Assembly (NCBI GenBank): GCA_000004985.1
Contig: GG738873.1
Direction: 5' to 3' (one strand)
From: Naegleria gruberi
Taxonomy: Eukaryota
Length of the DNA: 64,000 bases
In this document: in pieces, positions 33,190 through 43,947 of the stretch
How positions within the stretch are numbered: position 1 is the first letter of the stretch
Layout of the letters: the number at the start of each line of letters is the position of its first letter
Notes under the pieces: model-generated
What the model saw: only the letters and a program-made list of their open reading frames with translations
Told to the model about the DNA's origin: nothing
Database searches by the model: none
Position numbers and translations under genes: made by a program

Positions 33190-35451
33190 ATGAGCACATG
33201 GATCGATGAAAGAAAGTCAAGCTCTAGCAGCTGCAGTTCGACACATAGTGATAGAAAAGACAGTATATCTGTTTGTATACCTCAATTACTAACGGATTCA
33301 ACAATAGTACCACATATTTTGGTTATTGACGATGATCCAGTGACTCGTAAAACATTAGCTAAACTTTTATCAAATCTTGGATACAAAAGTAGAACAGCAA
33401 GTGGAGGTAAAGAGGCTTTAAATCTTCTTGTACAAGATAACGAAGACCCTTTCCATTGCTTGTTAGTAGATGTTCTTATGCCGGAGATGGACGGTTTTGG
33501 ATTTCTTAGAGTTTTAAAACAAGCCATCAACAGAGAAATTCCTTGTATTATGATGAGTGGAAGTGAAGACCCTGAAACAGTCTCAAAATCATTTCAATGC
33601 GGAGCCGAAGATTTCCTTCCAAAACCTATCAAGGAAGAAATTCTTAGGGCAAGAATTCAAACCGTATTAGCCTATCGTGATCGAAGAATTAGAGAAAAAT
33701 TCTATATTAACAAGATTCATGAAGAACAACGATTAAGAAATCAATTACACATACAAGAAAAACAAAATGAAGAAGAGTTATTAGCCTTTAAAAAGAAGGT
33801 TGGTGAATCCATCGAAACACCTATTCAATTAATTGTTGGTGCTGTTGGTGATATCATTAGTGGAAATTTGGACAAAGAACAAACCAAACTTGCTTTAATA
33901 TCAGTTATGAAATCATTAAGTTCATCTAATTTGTATAGACCAGCCTTTTTGGATTCTTTAAAAACTGCAGAAATGGATGAAGCCACCCGAAAATGGCTTG
34001 TGAATCAATATACCAAAGATGCCGAAGAGTATAAAACAAAGATCAAGGCTGATAGAAGTGATAGCATTGATTCAACTGCCTCAAATGATTCTACTCCTGG
34101 TGTTGCTTTAGCTTCACCACTTCCACCAAAAACAGAAGTTTTACCTTATGATCTTGAAACATACAAACCTGATGTTGATGTAAAATCACTCAATTATGAT
34201 GCATTTAAGTATAATGATTATGAAGAACTCAAGAAGCACGCAATGTATTACTTTAAATCCCTCAATATGTTTGAAAGATTCAATATTAATCCGATCAAAC
34301 TTTGGAATTTCCTAGGAGAATTGAAAAAGAAGTATAGAAATAACCATTATCACAATTTTAGACATTGTTGTGATGTCACTCAATATCTCTTCATGCTCCT
34401 CAATCATGAAAAGATTGATAGTTTCTTCTCTGATATGGAAAAATTAGTACTCCTTCTCTCAGGTCTTACTCACGACATTGACCATCCAGGAGTTAACAAT
34501 AACTTCTTAATCATGACTGAAGATGAACTTGCATACAGATACAATGATAAGAGTGTATTGGAAAATTATCACGCTTTCAATGCTTTTAAAATTATGCAAA
34601 AGGATGAGTTCAATGTGTTGGATGGTTTAACAGAGGAACAATACAGAGAACTCAGGAAGATAATGGTTCAAACAATTCTTGCAACAGATATGACAAACCA
34701 CTTTTCAATCATTTCTATTTTTGAATCAAGAATTGGTACAGGTAGACTTTCTAATGAAAATGCTGAAGACAAATTGTTATTAATGAGAGTATTGATGAAA
34801 TGTTCCGATATCAGTAACCTTAGTAGACCTTTTGCAATTGCTAAGAAGTGGGCCAATGCCTGTATTAATGAGTTCTTTTCACAGGGTGATTTGGAAAGAC
34901 AAAAGGGATTACCAATCAGCCCTCTAATGGATAGAAATACTTTAGATTTTCCAAAATCTCAAATGGACTTTGGTAAATTCGTAGTTTCTCCTTTGTTTAA
35001 ATTACTTGCAACATCATTCAAAGAATTGAGCTATATTTATGAATCTGTCTGTAATAATATTGAAACATGGAAACAAATATTTGATGAAGAACAACTGAAA
35101 AAGGCCAAACAGTCTGAAATTGCAAAGGAAGAACCAAAAGAAACGAAAGAAAAGATTGAATCTCCTCAAACCGAAAAGCCTCAACAGCCCTCACAAACAG
35201 CTGAAACTCAAAGTACTACGTCCAACTCACCACCTACCACTTCTGTAAACAACACTTCCTCTACTTCATCATCTAACACTAGCAGTCCAACTGAATCCAC
35301 AACAAGTCAAACAACACTTGCAAGCCGTTCATCCAATGCTTCCACAAGCTCAACTCCTTCCAAAGGATCTAACCTCAACGTTTTGCTCCCAATCTTTATT
35401 CTAATTCTTTCTCTAATTTTGTATTTCCTTACTCAATCAACCTCTCAGTAA
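33190..35451 (+). CDS. regA: RegA-type protein: N-terminal response-regulator receiver domain fused to a class I (HD) 3',5'-cyclic-nucleotide phosphodiesterase, plus a Ser/Thr-rich tail ending in a hydrophobic helix
   Basis: Receiver motifs ILVIDDDPVTRKTLAKLL…LLVDVLMPEMDGFGFL…KP (Asp pocket and conserved Lys). PDE catalytic motifs YHNFRHCCDVTQ, HDIDHPGVNNNFL, ILATDMTNHF. Tail …STSSTPSKGSNLNVLLPIFILILSLILYFLTQSTSQ*. There is an alternative upstream ATG at 33157. Confidence 0.75.
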   Translation: MSTWIDERKSSSSSCSSTHSDRKDSISVCIPQLLTDSTIVPHILVIDDDPVTRKTLAKLLSNLGYKSRTASGGKEALNLLVQDNEDPFHCLLVDVLMPEMDGFGFLRVLKQAINREIPCIMMSGSEDPETVSKSFQCGAEDFLPKPIKEEILRARIQTVLAYRDRRIREKFYINKIHEEQRLRNQLHIQEKQNEEELLAFKKKVGESIETPIQLIVGAVGDIISGNLDKEQTKLALISVMKSLSSSNLYRPAFLDSLKTAEMDEATRKWLVNQYTKDAEEYKTKIKADRSDSIDSTASNDSTPGVALASPLPPKTEVLPYDLETYKPDVDVKSLNYDAFKYNDYEELKKHAMYYFKSLNMFERFNINPIKLWNFLGELKKKYRNNHYHNFRHCCDVTQYLFMLLNHEKIDSFFSDMEKLVLLLSGLTHDIDHPGVNNNFLIMTEDELAYRYNDKSVLENYHAFNAFKIMQKDEFNVLDGLTEEQYRELRKIMVQTILATDMTNHFSIISIFESRIGTGRLSNENAEDKLLLMRVLMKCSDISNLSRPFAIAKKWANACINEFFSQGDLERQKGLPISPLMDRNTLDFPKSQMDFGKFVVSPLFKLLATSFKELSYIYESVCNNIETWKQIFDEEQLKKAKQSEIAKEEPKETKEKIESPQTEKPQQPSQTAETQSTTSNSPPTTSVNNTSSTSSSNTSSPTESTTSQTTLASRSSNASTSSTPSKGSNLNVLLPIFILILSLILYFLTQSTSQ

Positions 35452-35506
35452 ATTTTCTTCTACCTTTATCATGAAATTTTATTTTTATTTCAAAAGCAAA
35501 AAAAAA

Positions 35507-36623
35507 ATGAACAAGTCATCAGCTTCATCAGCAGCCATGGACACAGGCTTTCAATCGGTAAATATTACTGATGAGTTGGAGTTGCTGGTGATTCTTCTAG
35601 ATATTAATCCGTATACGTGGGGAAAAAGAAAATTGGACAATGAACAACAACAATCATCATCAGCAAAAAGTTTAATTTCCTTCTCACAATTTATAAATCA
35701 ACTTCTTGTATTCATTAACACTTTCCTAACTATTCAGAGAAATAAGAAAATAGCAGTTATTGCTAGTTCGGAAAACAACAAATCACATTTTCTATTTCCG
35801 AATAGATTTAGATCAAAGAAGGATGGTAAACATAACCATAATCAAATTCAAGTTAAGAGTACTGATAGTACAAGTATGTTAAACATGATGGGTGTAAAAT
35901 CAGGAGATGATATCGAAGATTTCTTCTTGAATGATATTGGTTTTGAGAGTGTACAAAATGCAGTCTTATCCGGATTAAATAGTGAAGAAGTTACTCCGAG
36001 TGAAGACACTGAATATATGGAAGATGATGGCAATCACACCACTTCAACAGCACAGGGTTTCTCCCTCAGTGGTGCCTTGTCTATGGCTTTGTGTTTTATT
36101 AACAGATTGGAAAAGGAAAAACCTTTGGGAATGTCACTCAATTCTAGAATTTTAACATTCCAAGTTTCTCCTGATATTTCATCACAATATATTTCTGTCA
36201 TGAATGCCATTTTCTCAGCAGAGAAAATGAGTATCATGTTAGATGCTTGTGTTTTATCAAATGATGATTCCACATTTTTACAACAAGCTTGCTTCTTAAC
36301 TGGAGGAAATTATTTGAAACCTCAACGACAAGAAGGTTTAATTCAATATTTATTAACTATTTTCATGTTGGAAAAGAGTCTTCGTTCTTATATTCAATTA
36401 CCTGTACAAAATACTGTAGATTTCAGAGCAAGTTGTTTCGAAACTAGAAAGCCAATTGATGATGGTTATGTTTGTCCTGTTTGTTTATCAAGTAAGTATT
36501 TTAATATGAATGTTATGAGAATTCTAACCCATTTCAGTTTTCAGTTCTCACAAGCCAGTCTGTTCTACCTGTGCCTCTAAGTTACAAAGACCGACCAATA
36601 GATCTGTACTTTCGTACAAGTAA
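35507..36623 (+). CDS. General transcription factor TFIIH subunit p34 (Tfb4/GTF2H3), 2 exons
   Basis: …LLVILLDINPYTWGKR… N-terminus. Donor TCA A|GTAAGT at ~36491. An acceptor after …cccatttcag (~36537) yields …DGYVCPVCLSIFSSHKPVCSTCASKLQRP…, the p34 C-terminal zinc-binding module. Confidence 0.7.
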
Positions 36624-36675
36624 TGTAAATATAAATCTATCCTTAATAAACCTAATTTATAAACAATTTATTCAT

Positions 36676-37569
36676 CTAAGGAAAGTAAATTTCCCGAACC
36701 TTTACACATTCCTCATCATGGCTGGCATCTTGTAAAATTACTGGACGTTTCTTGTTGAGCATGAGAACGCAAGATGCACCAGCAAATTGAGTATCCTTTT
36801 CAATGCCAGTTCTATTGCAAGCAGCAAAATATGTGATTGGTTGACTTTTCATTATTGGGGCCATTCTCTCTACCCAATAGGATTGTGTAGAAAGGCAATC
36901 ACTTGGATCATCTCTATTTGCCAGCCAATTGGCAGCAAATAGAATTAGTTCAGATTCTTTATCTTTGTGGAAATTAGCAAACTCTTTAGCATAATAATCT
37001 GTTGAAAAGTCAGTTCCATTATTAATATCCATACAAATTCCTGCCCCCACTCTAATATAATTGTTACAATTTTCCTCATCATCAACTGGATCATCCTCCA
37101 ATATTTTCTTATCATTAATTCTTAAGATAAATGATTTAAATTCCTCTCCTTCTTGTGCCCATTTCATATCCTGTTCATACAAGAAGTGTTTTCTATAATT
37201 TACAAAAGATCCATCTGCCGAAACAATATAAATTGAATTAAATAATTTAAATGGTATTGCTGATCCTTGATTTTGTTCCTTCTCTGGATATCCACAAACT
37301 ACAGCACAATCATACATTTCCGATAAATTCTTGCAAAATTCATAACAGCTTCCCTTTCCTTGTTCCTCACAATACGGAAAAACATCATCATAATTATCAA
37401 ACATGTACCCACTCAGTGCCATCTCTGGAAACATTAAAATATCAAAACTCTTCTTTTCAAAGCCTTCCAATAATTTCCGAATTTTATTTTGATTTTGCTG
37501 TACCTGTTTAAATTGTACATTGAATTGACAAAAGGCTACACGAACCGTCCGAGAAGCATTTTTTATCAT
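36676..37569 (-). CDS. Carbon-nitrogen hydrolase (nitrilase superfamily), Nta1/N-terminal-amidase-like
   Basis: VAFCQF…DILMFPEMALSGY (catalytic Glu region). GICMDIN contains the catalytic Cys. Confidence 0.65.
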   Translation of the reverse strand: MIKNASRTVRVAFCQFNVQFKQVQQNQNKIRKLLEGFEKKSFDILMFPEMALSGYMFDNYDDVFPYCEEQGKGSCYEFCKNLSEMYDCAVVCGYPEKEQNQGSAIPFKLFNSIYIVSADGSFVNYRKHFLYEQDMKWAQEGEEFKSFILRINDKKILEDDPVDDEENCNNYIRVGAGICMDINNGTDFSTDYYAKEFANFHKDKESELILFAANWLANRDDPSDCLSTQSYWVERMAPIMKSQPITYFAACNRTGIEKDTQFAGASCVLMLNKKRPVILQDASHDEECVKVREIYFP

Positions 37570-37715
37570 TTTTTTTAATTTGTTTTTTTAAATTTGCAAT
37601 GTTTACAATAAAACGTCAAATTCTAATTTGGTCCTCAAATTGTTGCTCCACATATTCATGGTTCAAAACACAATCAATGATCATTTTGAGTCTAAGTATT
37701 ATCTCTAGATGCAAT

Positions 37716-39176
37716 TTAAATTCTGGCTCCATAATAGAAATGGTTCATTCTCTCCTCGAACAATAAATCAGAATATTCGAAAGCAAAACCGTTTTGCTTT
37801 ACGGCTTCCTTCTCCATCTCCTCATCTGGATATAATCGCTGCAGATATTTCAAGCAATGGCCATTAATTTTGATAAGACTCATTGCCATATCTCTGTCAA
37901 CATCTATGGCTGCATATTCTAGAACTGAAGGATAACCTTCTTTAACTAATTCCACTATGAATCCAGTATCTTCTCTCAACGCAGACGAGGCGTACATAAA
38001 TGATTCCTCAATAGAAGCCAAAGCTTCTTTAACAATCACCTTATCTGACTGTAGAGAGGGATGAACATACTGAAGAGCCAATCCTTGTTTTTTCACAATT
38101 TCTAACACAAATTCTCTATCACTCTTTAAATTATCTGAAGCTAAATAAAGAAATGACTGATTCTGTTTGTGATTTGCTGCTTCTATAAGAATCTCCTTAT
38201 CTACAACAAATTCATTTGGTACATATGTTAATGCCTCTGAATTTTGAGATACAGCAGCTAAAACAACATCTCTATCCATTCTTAGCCTATGTGATGCATA
38301 GTATATGAGCATTCCATCTTTTCTCATTAATTCAATAATAAACTCTTTGTTATCAATCAATGTAAAAGGAGCAAGTTCTAAAACAGAGTTTCTCTTCATT
38401 ATTAACTGTTTCATTAATTCCAAGTCTTGAAAACAATGTGGAATATGCTTAATAGCATATATTTCAGCAAGAGCTTGGACCATCACATCAAAATCATTTT
38501 TCAACTCGTCTGAAACAAATTCCAAGGCCCTTCCATTCAGTAACAAGGCAGCCAGTACAAATTCCTTATTATTTCTCAAACTATAAGGAGTTTCACTATT
38601 CAAATTGCAATCAGGAAGATTCATTCCCAAATATTTGTCGACCTTCGACACTTTTTCAATAAAGGATTGAGAATGAATCAAATCCTTCGATACAAATAAA
38701 ATTGCACGCCTATGTCTCGATACTATTTCCACATTAAAATCCTCATCACAATCAAAAAACAATAATATTTTAGGATCTAAAGAGATACAATCTAACAAGA
38801 ACTCTCTATCATCAAGTAATTCCCCAGGAATATCGTCAACCATACAAATACGATTTTTAAACAATTCAAGTGCTACTCGACGATTATACATTATAAACCT
38901 GGGAATCACCACTGTAGGAGTAATCTTTTGATTTTTAATTAAATTTAAAATCATATCTGTTTCTTTCATCCACTCGATTGGAATAAAACCTTCAAAAACC
39001 ATGCCACTCATCCGATCAAGCCTATTTTCCAACCATTTCTTCTTTCCTTTCTGTTGGTTAGAGAATTTACCTTTAAGAAGGCTTGTTAGAAATTCCAAAT
39101 GATCTTCAACTTCCGAATCATCACCCAATCCGTGTAAGGAACTTGACTGAGTAATAATCAAAACACAAGATGACAT
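37716..39176 (-). CDS. DUF4116-repeat protein
   Basis: At least six tandem ~30-aa repeats of the form (K/R)EFVL.AV.QNG.AL.YV…L..D..VV..AL. Confidence 0.5.
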   Translation of the reverse strand: MSSCVLIITQSSSLHGLGDDSEVEDHLEFLTSLLKGKFSNQQKGKKKWLENRLDRMSGMVFEGFIPIEWMKETDMILNLIKNQKITPTVVIPRFIMYNRRVALELFKNRICMVDDIPGELLDDREFLLDCISLDPKILLFFDCDEDFNVEIVSRHRRAILFVSKDLIHSQSFIEKVSKVDKYLGMNLPDCNLNSETPYSLRNNKEFVLAALLLNGRALEFVSDELKNDFDVMVQALAEIYAIKHIPHCFQDLELMKQLIMKRNSVLELAPFTLIDNKEFIIELMRKDGMLIYYASHRLRMDRDVVLAAVSQNSEALTYVPNEFVVDKEILIEAANHKQNQSFLYLASDNLKSDREFVLEIVKKQGLALQYVHPSLQSDKVIVKEALASIEESFMYASSALREDTGFIVELVKEGYPSVLEYAAIDVDRDMAMSLIKINGHCLKYLQRLYPDEEMEKEAVKQNGFAFEYSDLLFEERMNHFYYGARI

Positions 39177-39378
39177 TTTTTACATGAACAACTTTTAGTA
39201 TATTCTTACAATTTTTGAAAACATTATTCAGATCAGCAATTCATTTTGTAAATAAACATAAAACGTGATCCACCATGATTGGTATTAAGCAAGAGTAATA
39301 CTTTCTATTGATGTGAAGGTCACCTCATAAGCTACTCTTATCCAATATGCTAATAAAAATCTTTTGAAAGCCAAAAAA

Positions 39379-42300
39379 ATGCAAAAACTCTCGTCCCACA
39401 CAAATATGAGGTTGATGGGTGTTGTCTTGTTGTTGGCGATCACAACACTCACTCTGATACAATCATCAATGGGGAATCATCAAAAAGCAAGTGGTGATAT
39501 TTATTTTAAAACTGTACACATCATTCCGCACAGCCATTGGGATGTTGGTTGGTTGAAAACAAAGAAAGATTATTATGAACAAGAAGTGAGAAACATTATC
39601 GGATCGGTGATTAAAGCTTTGACCGAAAAGCCTGATAGAAAATTTATATTTGTAGAGATGAGTTTTATTAGTTATTGGTGGGAAGATTCTTCAGTGAGCA
39701 AGGAAGAGAAAAATCTTTTCATGAAATTCTTGAATGAAAAGAGGATTGAATTTGCATTGGCAGCTATGACAATGTCTGATGAAGCAGCTAATACCTACTC
39801 TTCTGTTATTCACACATTGACAAGAGGACACCAATATGTAATTGACACTTTTAATACCAAAGATCGTGATTTTATTCCTACTTCATCATTTAGAATTGAT
39901 CCTTTTGGATCTACAACAACAATGACTCGTATTTATAGAGAATCTGGTTTGAGTGACACTGTTATTATGCGAATTCCACAAGGTAAACAAACGGAAATGA
40001 GAGATAATAAGCAAATGTCATTCTATTGGAATTTAGCTGATGGGTCTTCTGTGTATAGTAATATTATGGATTATCAATATTGTGTAAGAGCACTCTTCTT
40101 TGATGGAGAATCATCTATTTCATATGGCTCTGATGAAATTGTTGCAGATGAAATGCACAGAGAAATTTTGAAATACTCTTTGGGATTTAATCAATCTGAT
40201 ATTATGCTTCCTGGAGGTTGTGATTTCTCATTCCAAAATGCTCCAGAAAGATTTGCTAAAATCGAAAAAGGTATGAAGTATATCAATGACCATCCTGAAA
40301 TCTATCCATATAAGGTTAAATTCTCACTCTTAAGTGAATATATGCAAGCTTCTAGACCTAAAAAATCTGGAGATGTTTATTCATACAATGCTGACTTTAT
40401 GCCATATGCAGATGGTCCAAATGCATTCTGGACTGGTTATTATACATCTTATCCAATTTTGAAACAAGCCATCAGAACTGCTGAAAGCTTCTTTAGAGCT
40501 GCCAAAGCACTCTTTGCCATCAGTACACCATATGTCAAAGATGATCAAAGAAAAGGATTTATTGAACAAGGATTTAAACAATTAGATCAGTTGGCCGTCT
40601 CTATGGCTGATGTTACTCACCACGACGCTGTAACTGGTACCTCCAAATTAGAAGTTACCAAAGATTACATTGATTCATTGTCTGATGGTGTAAAGGAGGC
40701 TAAGCAAGCATTGACTCAATCATTAACTGCTCTTATTACCAGCAAGTTATCACAATCAGATATTGTATTGGAAGATTATCTGAATAAGTTGGTTTCAAAC
40801 AGCTTCTCTTTTACAGAACTTATGCAAAAGTTCTCCTCCCTCATTAGTCAAAGAAAATACAGCTATTCCATTCCAATTGTACTTTTCAATAGTCTCTCAT
40901 GGGACATTGAGAACCATGTAGAAACAATTGGTCCAGATGAAGCAGCTCCATTTTCCTCAATTATCAAACAAATATGCTTCTTTTCTATGGAAGGAACTAG
41001 ATTGAAATCACAATACTCAAAATCTGTACTTGCTCCTGATGAATATGATTTGCATTTCGTCGTTCCAAAAATTCCAGCCCTTGGCTATACAACTGTTCTC
41101 ATTAAGCCATGTGATACTATGGAGCAAGGAAGTATTAATGAAGAAATTATCAACATAGAAGACAAACCATACACTATTTCCAACTCAAAGACTAGTGTCA
41201 CTTTCTGTAAGAAGAACAATATGGTCTCTCTTTGTTCAATTGAAAAAGAAGGAAATAAGTATGAAATCTCCCAAAAACTAATGACCTATACAGGAATTTC
41301 AGGCTACACCTTTGGAGTTAATCAACAAAAGAGCGGTGCCTACATCTTTGCTCCAAAGAGCCAAGAACCAACTCTTATTACTCCTACCTCTAGCTCTCTT
41401 CTCATTTCTAATTCAATCTCTAACAACATTTTCACACAAGTGGAACAAACTGTTGAAAAATATGTTAAACAAATAGTTAGACTTTATCAACCAGAAATTG
41501 CTCAAAAGCAAGGATATGATTTGGAATATATTTACTACTTTGATGATATTCCTGGTGATGACGAAATAATTACCAAGTTCGATGCTTCAGCATTTATTTC
41601 CTCTAAGGGCGTATTCTATTGTGATAAGAATGGTTTGGAAACAGTTAAATCAAATACCAAGAGCAAAGTTGAAGCAACTTATCTCCCAATTGTATTTAAC
41701 TGTTTTATCAGAGATGAAGAAAAGAAGACTCAATTGACTCTCTTTGTTTCTGAAACTCATGGTGCTGCTAGTATGAAGAATGGTGAATTGGAAATTATGC
41801 TCCACAGAAGAACCCTCAGTGATGATGGTAGAGGTGTAGATCAACCAGTTAATGATGAATCTAATATTGCTATTAATATTAAGGTTAGAATTGATTCTAC
41901 CTCAGCCGAACCTAATTTGAGAGGCATTCTTTATCCAAAGGTTGCTCTCACAATCAATTTCCCTCCATTCGTTGCGCCATTCCAAAAGTCTTTCTATACA
42001 CCAATTAATAGAGATTTTGTGGATACTTTCTCTATGAGAAATTTGGTAACATCATTCTCCATTCTCGAGAAACCATTACCATCATCTATTCATGTTTCCA
42101 ATATTGATATTGTTCTCAACAGAAAGAACCCATCAGCATCTGATGTTAAAGCTCTTGTTCAACTTCAAAGTTTGGACATCAACTCTGAGCAGGCTCAATT
42201 CAGTTTGACTGATTGCTTTAAGAAGGAATTTATTGATAAGAAGATTCGCTCAATGAATGAAACCAATCTTTCCACATCAAGAACCAGAGGCCCAATCCCA

Positions 42301-42531
42301 ACCAATAGCAAGATTGAGCTTTCTCCTTTCAATTTCAGAACATTCCTTTTAAGACAAGGAAGACATGCACAGAAATTAATCTTCAAAGAACAAGATCAAG
42401 CCCTAGAATGGACTTTCACTGTTGGTTTAATGATTGGATGTATTTCAATGATTGCCCTCTTAGCAACTCTTGTTGTTTACTTTATCTATCACCAAGCCAA
42501 ATACGCATACACAATGCTCGAAAATAAATAA
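39379..42531 (+). CDS. GH38 alpha-mannosidase (lysosomal-type), N-terminal signal peptide, unusual C-terminal TM anchor
   Basis: Signal MQKLSSHTNMRLMGVVLLLAITTLTLIQS. GH38 catalytic-domain motifs (HIIPHSHWDVGWLKT…, alpha-mannosidase middle and C-terminal domains). C-terminal hydrophobic helix LMIGCISMIALLATLVVYFIY followed by a short basic tail. Confidence 0.8.
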   Translation: MQKLSSHTNMRLMGVVLLLAITTLTLIQSSMGNHQKASGDIYFKTVHIIPHSHWDVGWLKTKKDYYEQEVRNIIGSVIKALTEKPDRKFIFVEMSFISYWWEDSSVSKEEKNLFMKFLNEKRIEFALAAMTMSDEAANTYSSVIHTLTRGHQYVIDTFNTKDRDFIPTSSFRIDPFGSTTTMTRIYRESGLSDTVIMRIPQGKQTEMRDNKQMSFYWNLADGSSVYSNIMDYQYCVRALFFDGESSISYGSDEIVADEMHREILKYSLGFNQSDIMLPGGCDFSFQNAPERFAKIEKGMKYINDHPEIYPYKVKFSLLSEYMQASRPKKSGDVYSYNADFMPYADGPNAFWTGYYTSYPILKQAIRTAESFFRAAKALFAISTPYVKDDQRKGFIEQGFKQLDQLAVSMADVTHHDAVTGTSKLEVTKDYIDSLSDGVKEAKQALTQSLTALITSKLSQSDIVLEDYLNKLVSNSFSFTELMQKFSSLISQRKYSYSIPIVLFNSLSWDIENHVETIGPDEAAPFSSIIKQICFFSMEGTRLKSQYSKSVLAPDEYDLHFVVPKIPALGYTTVLIKPCDTMEQGSINEEIINIEDKPYTISNSKTSVTFCKKNNMVSLCSIEKEGNKYEISQKLMTYTGISGYTFGVNQQKSGAYIFAPKSQEPTLITPTSSSLLISNSISNNIFTQVEQTVEKYVKQIVRLYQPEIAQKQGYDLEYIYYFDDIPGDDEIITKFDASAFISSKGVFYCDKNGLETVKSNTKSKVEATYLPIVFNCFIRDEEKKTQLTLFVSETHGAASMKNGELEIMLHRRTLSDDGRGVDQPVNDESNIAINIKVRIDSTSAEPNLRGILYPKVALTINFPPFVAPFQKSFYTPINRDFVDTFSMRNLVTSFSILEKPLPSSIHVSNIDIVLNRKNPSASDVKALVQLQSLDINSEQAQFSLTDCFKKEFIDKKIRSMNETNLSTSRTRGPIPTNSKIELSPFNFRTFLLRQGRHAQKLIFKEQDQALEWTFTVGLMIGCISMIALLATLVVYFIYHQAKYAYTMLENK

Positions 42532-42554
42532 TTTATTGAACTACCTCTGATAGT

Positions 42555-43406
42555 TTATCTTTTTGCCTTCAAAAGACCTAAAGCTAAAACGCCCAACCCA
42601 AGTACACCTCCAATAGCTAAACTTGCACCTCCTGCCAGAGCAAGTCCTATCATTCCATCTCTTTCCACCTTCTTTTTCTTTCTTTTGATGAGGGACTTCA
42701 ACCTAAGACCTTGTTCATTTTGATAATCAAAATCTAAAAGCTTTGCAACAGCTGATTCGGCCTTTGCATAATCCCTTAAAAAGAAAAATCCCAATGAAAT
42801 CAAATATAAACAATCTCTCTTATAATGTGACGAATCATCAACCATAATTTCATTAAATATATCACTGTGATCTCTTAGGATTGATTCTAACAGTTTAATT
42901 CCTTTATGTATTAAAGCTTCATTTCCTGACTTGACATATAGAATAGCCAATGTGAAAGATGACTGTGCTCTCTCCTTTTCATTACTACTTGTCTCCAATA
43001 ATTGTTCAGCTGATTCAATCATGTCACTTGTAATAAACTTTTGCTCTTCCTCCAATGATTTTTCCAGAAAATCCAAATATTCATCTTCGTCATTTCTATC
43101 CAATTTTCTAGCATGATGAGTTTCCATATTATTATCAACAATAGTTGTTGTATTCTTATTATAATCTACACTATTAAAATATTTATCATAACCATTAATA
43201 AGTGGTGATTGAATAGTTGGATCAATCAAATTATTATCATTTGATATGCTAGTTGTTTCGATTTGTAGTTGTGATGAAGAATTGTTATCCGAAGGTGCAA
43301 CATCACTATCATGATCGGCAGTTGAAGCACCAATAGCACTAGTACTGATGGTACTGCTATCCAATTCTCTTTCTTCCTCTGATTTTGGTGGGCCAATGTA
43401 AACCAT
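42555..43406 (-). CDS. fis1: Mitochondrial fission 1 protein (Fis1) homolog with a long N-terminal low-complexity extension
   Basis: TPR-like core …FTLAILYVKSGNEALIHKGIKLLESIL…RDCLYLISLGFFFLRDYAKAESAVAKLLDFDYQNEQGLRLKSLI… followed by C-terminal tail-anchor GMIGLALAGGASLAIGGVLGLGVLALGLL. The first ATG (MVYIGPPK) is near 43406; the ORF-track start at 43442 is a non-ATG codon. Confidence 0.65.
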   Translation of the reverse strand: MVYIGPPKSEEERELDSSTISTSAIGASTADHDSDVAPSDNNSSSQLQIETTSISNDNNLIDPTIQSPLINGYDKYFNSVDYNKNTTTIVDNNMETHHARKLDRNDEDEYLDFLEKSLEEEQKFITSDMIESAEQLLETSSNEKERAQSSFTLAILYVKSGNEALIHKGIKLLESILRDHSDIFNEIMVDDSSHYKRDCLYLISLGFFFLRDYAKAESAVAKLLDFDYQNEQGLRLKSLIKRKKKKVERDGMIGLALAGGASLAIGGVLGLGVLALGLLKAKR

Positions 43407-43947
43407 TTTTATTCTTGTTGTTTTTCTATTAATAATTTTCAAGTATTGATTGCTTTCTAATTGAGTTCTATGTTTTGTAAAATTATCAAAATTTGTAATT
43501 GGCTAATAATTAGTGTAGAGTAATTTAATAAATTAACAGTCAATTAGAAGGGTAATGATGTGGAATTTGTTTTTTTAATATTTGCATTGAATTTCATCAT
43601 GATGATGATTTGAAAAAGTAATACGCCAATCAAATATTTACACAAATTAATATCAACTCCATATCTTGACAATACTCTAAATTCATCCGAGTCAATTAGA
43701 CAACTTATTTCTTCATGAAGAGAAGAACCACATCATCACAACTGTCGGAGGGAAAAAAGTAAAAAATTTTCTTCATCAATAGGAAATAGAAAGAGAAAAT
43801 AGCGCACATAGGCATTCTAGTATTGAAATGAATGTATTTTCAATATAATCCCTTCATTCTCATCATTGAATTTGCTATGAAGAGAAAGGTGACTTGCCTC
43901 TGGCGACAATAAAAAGCTTTGTAACAATTTGTTGTTGAAGAAAAAAA

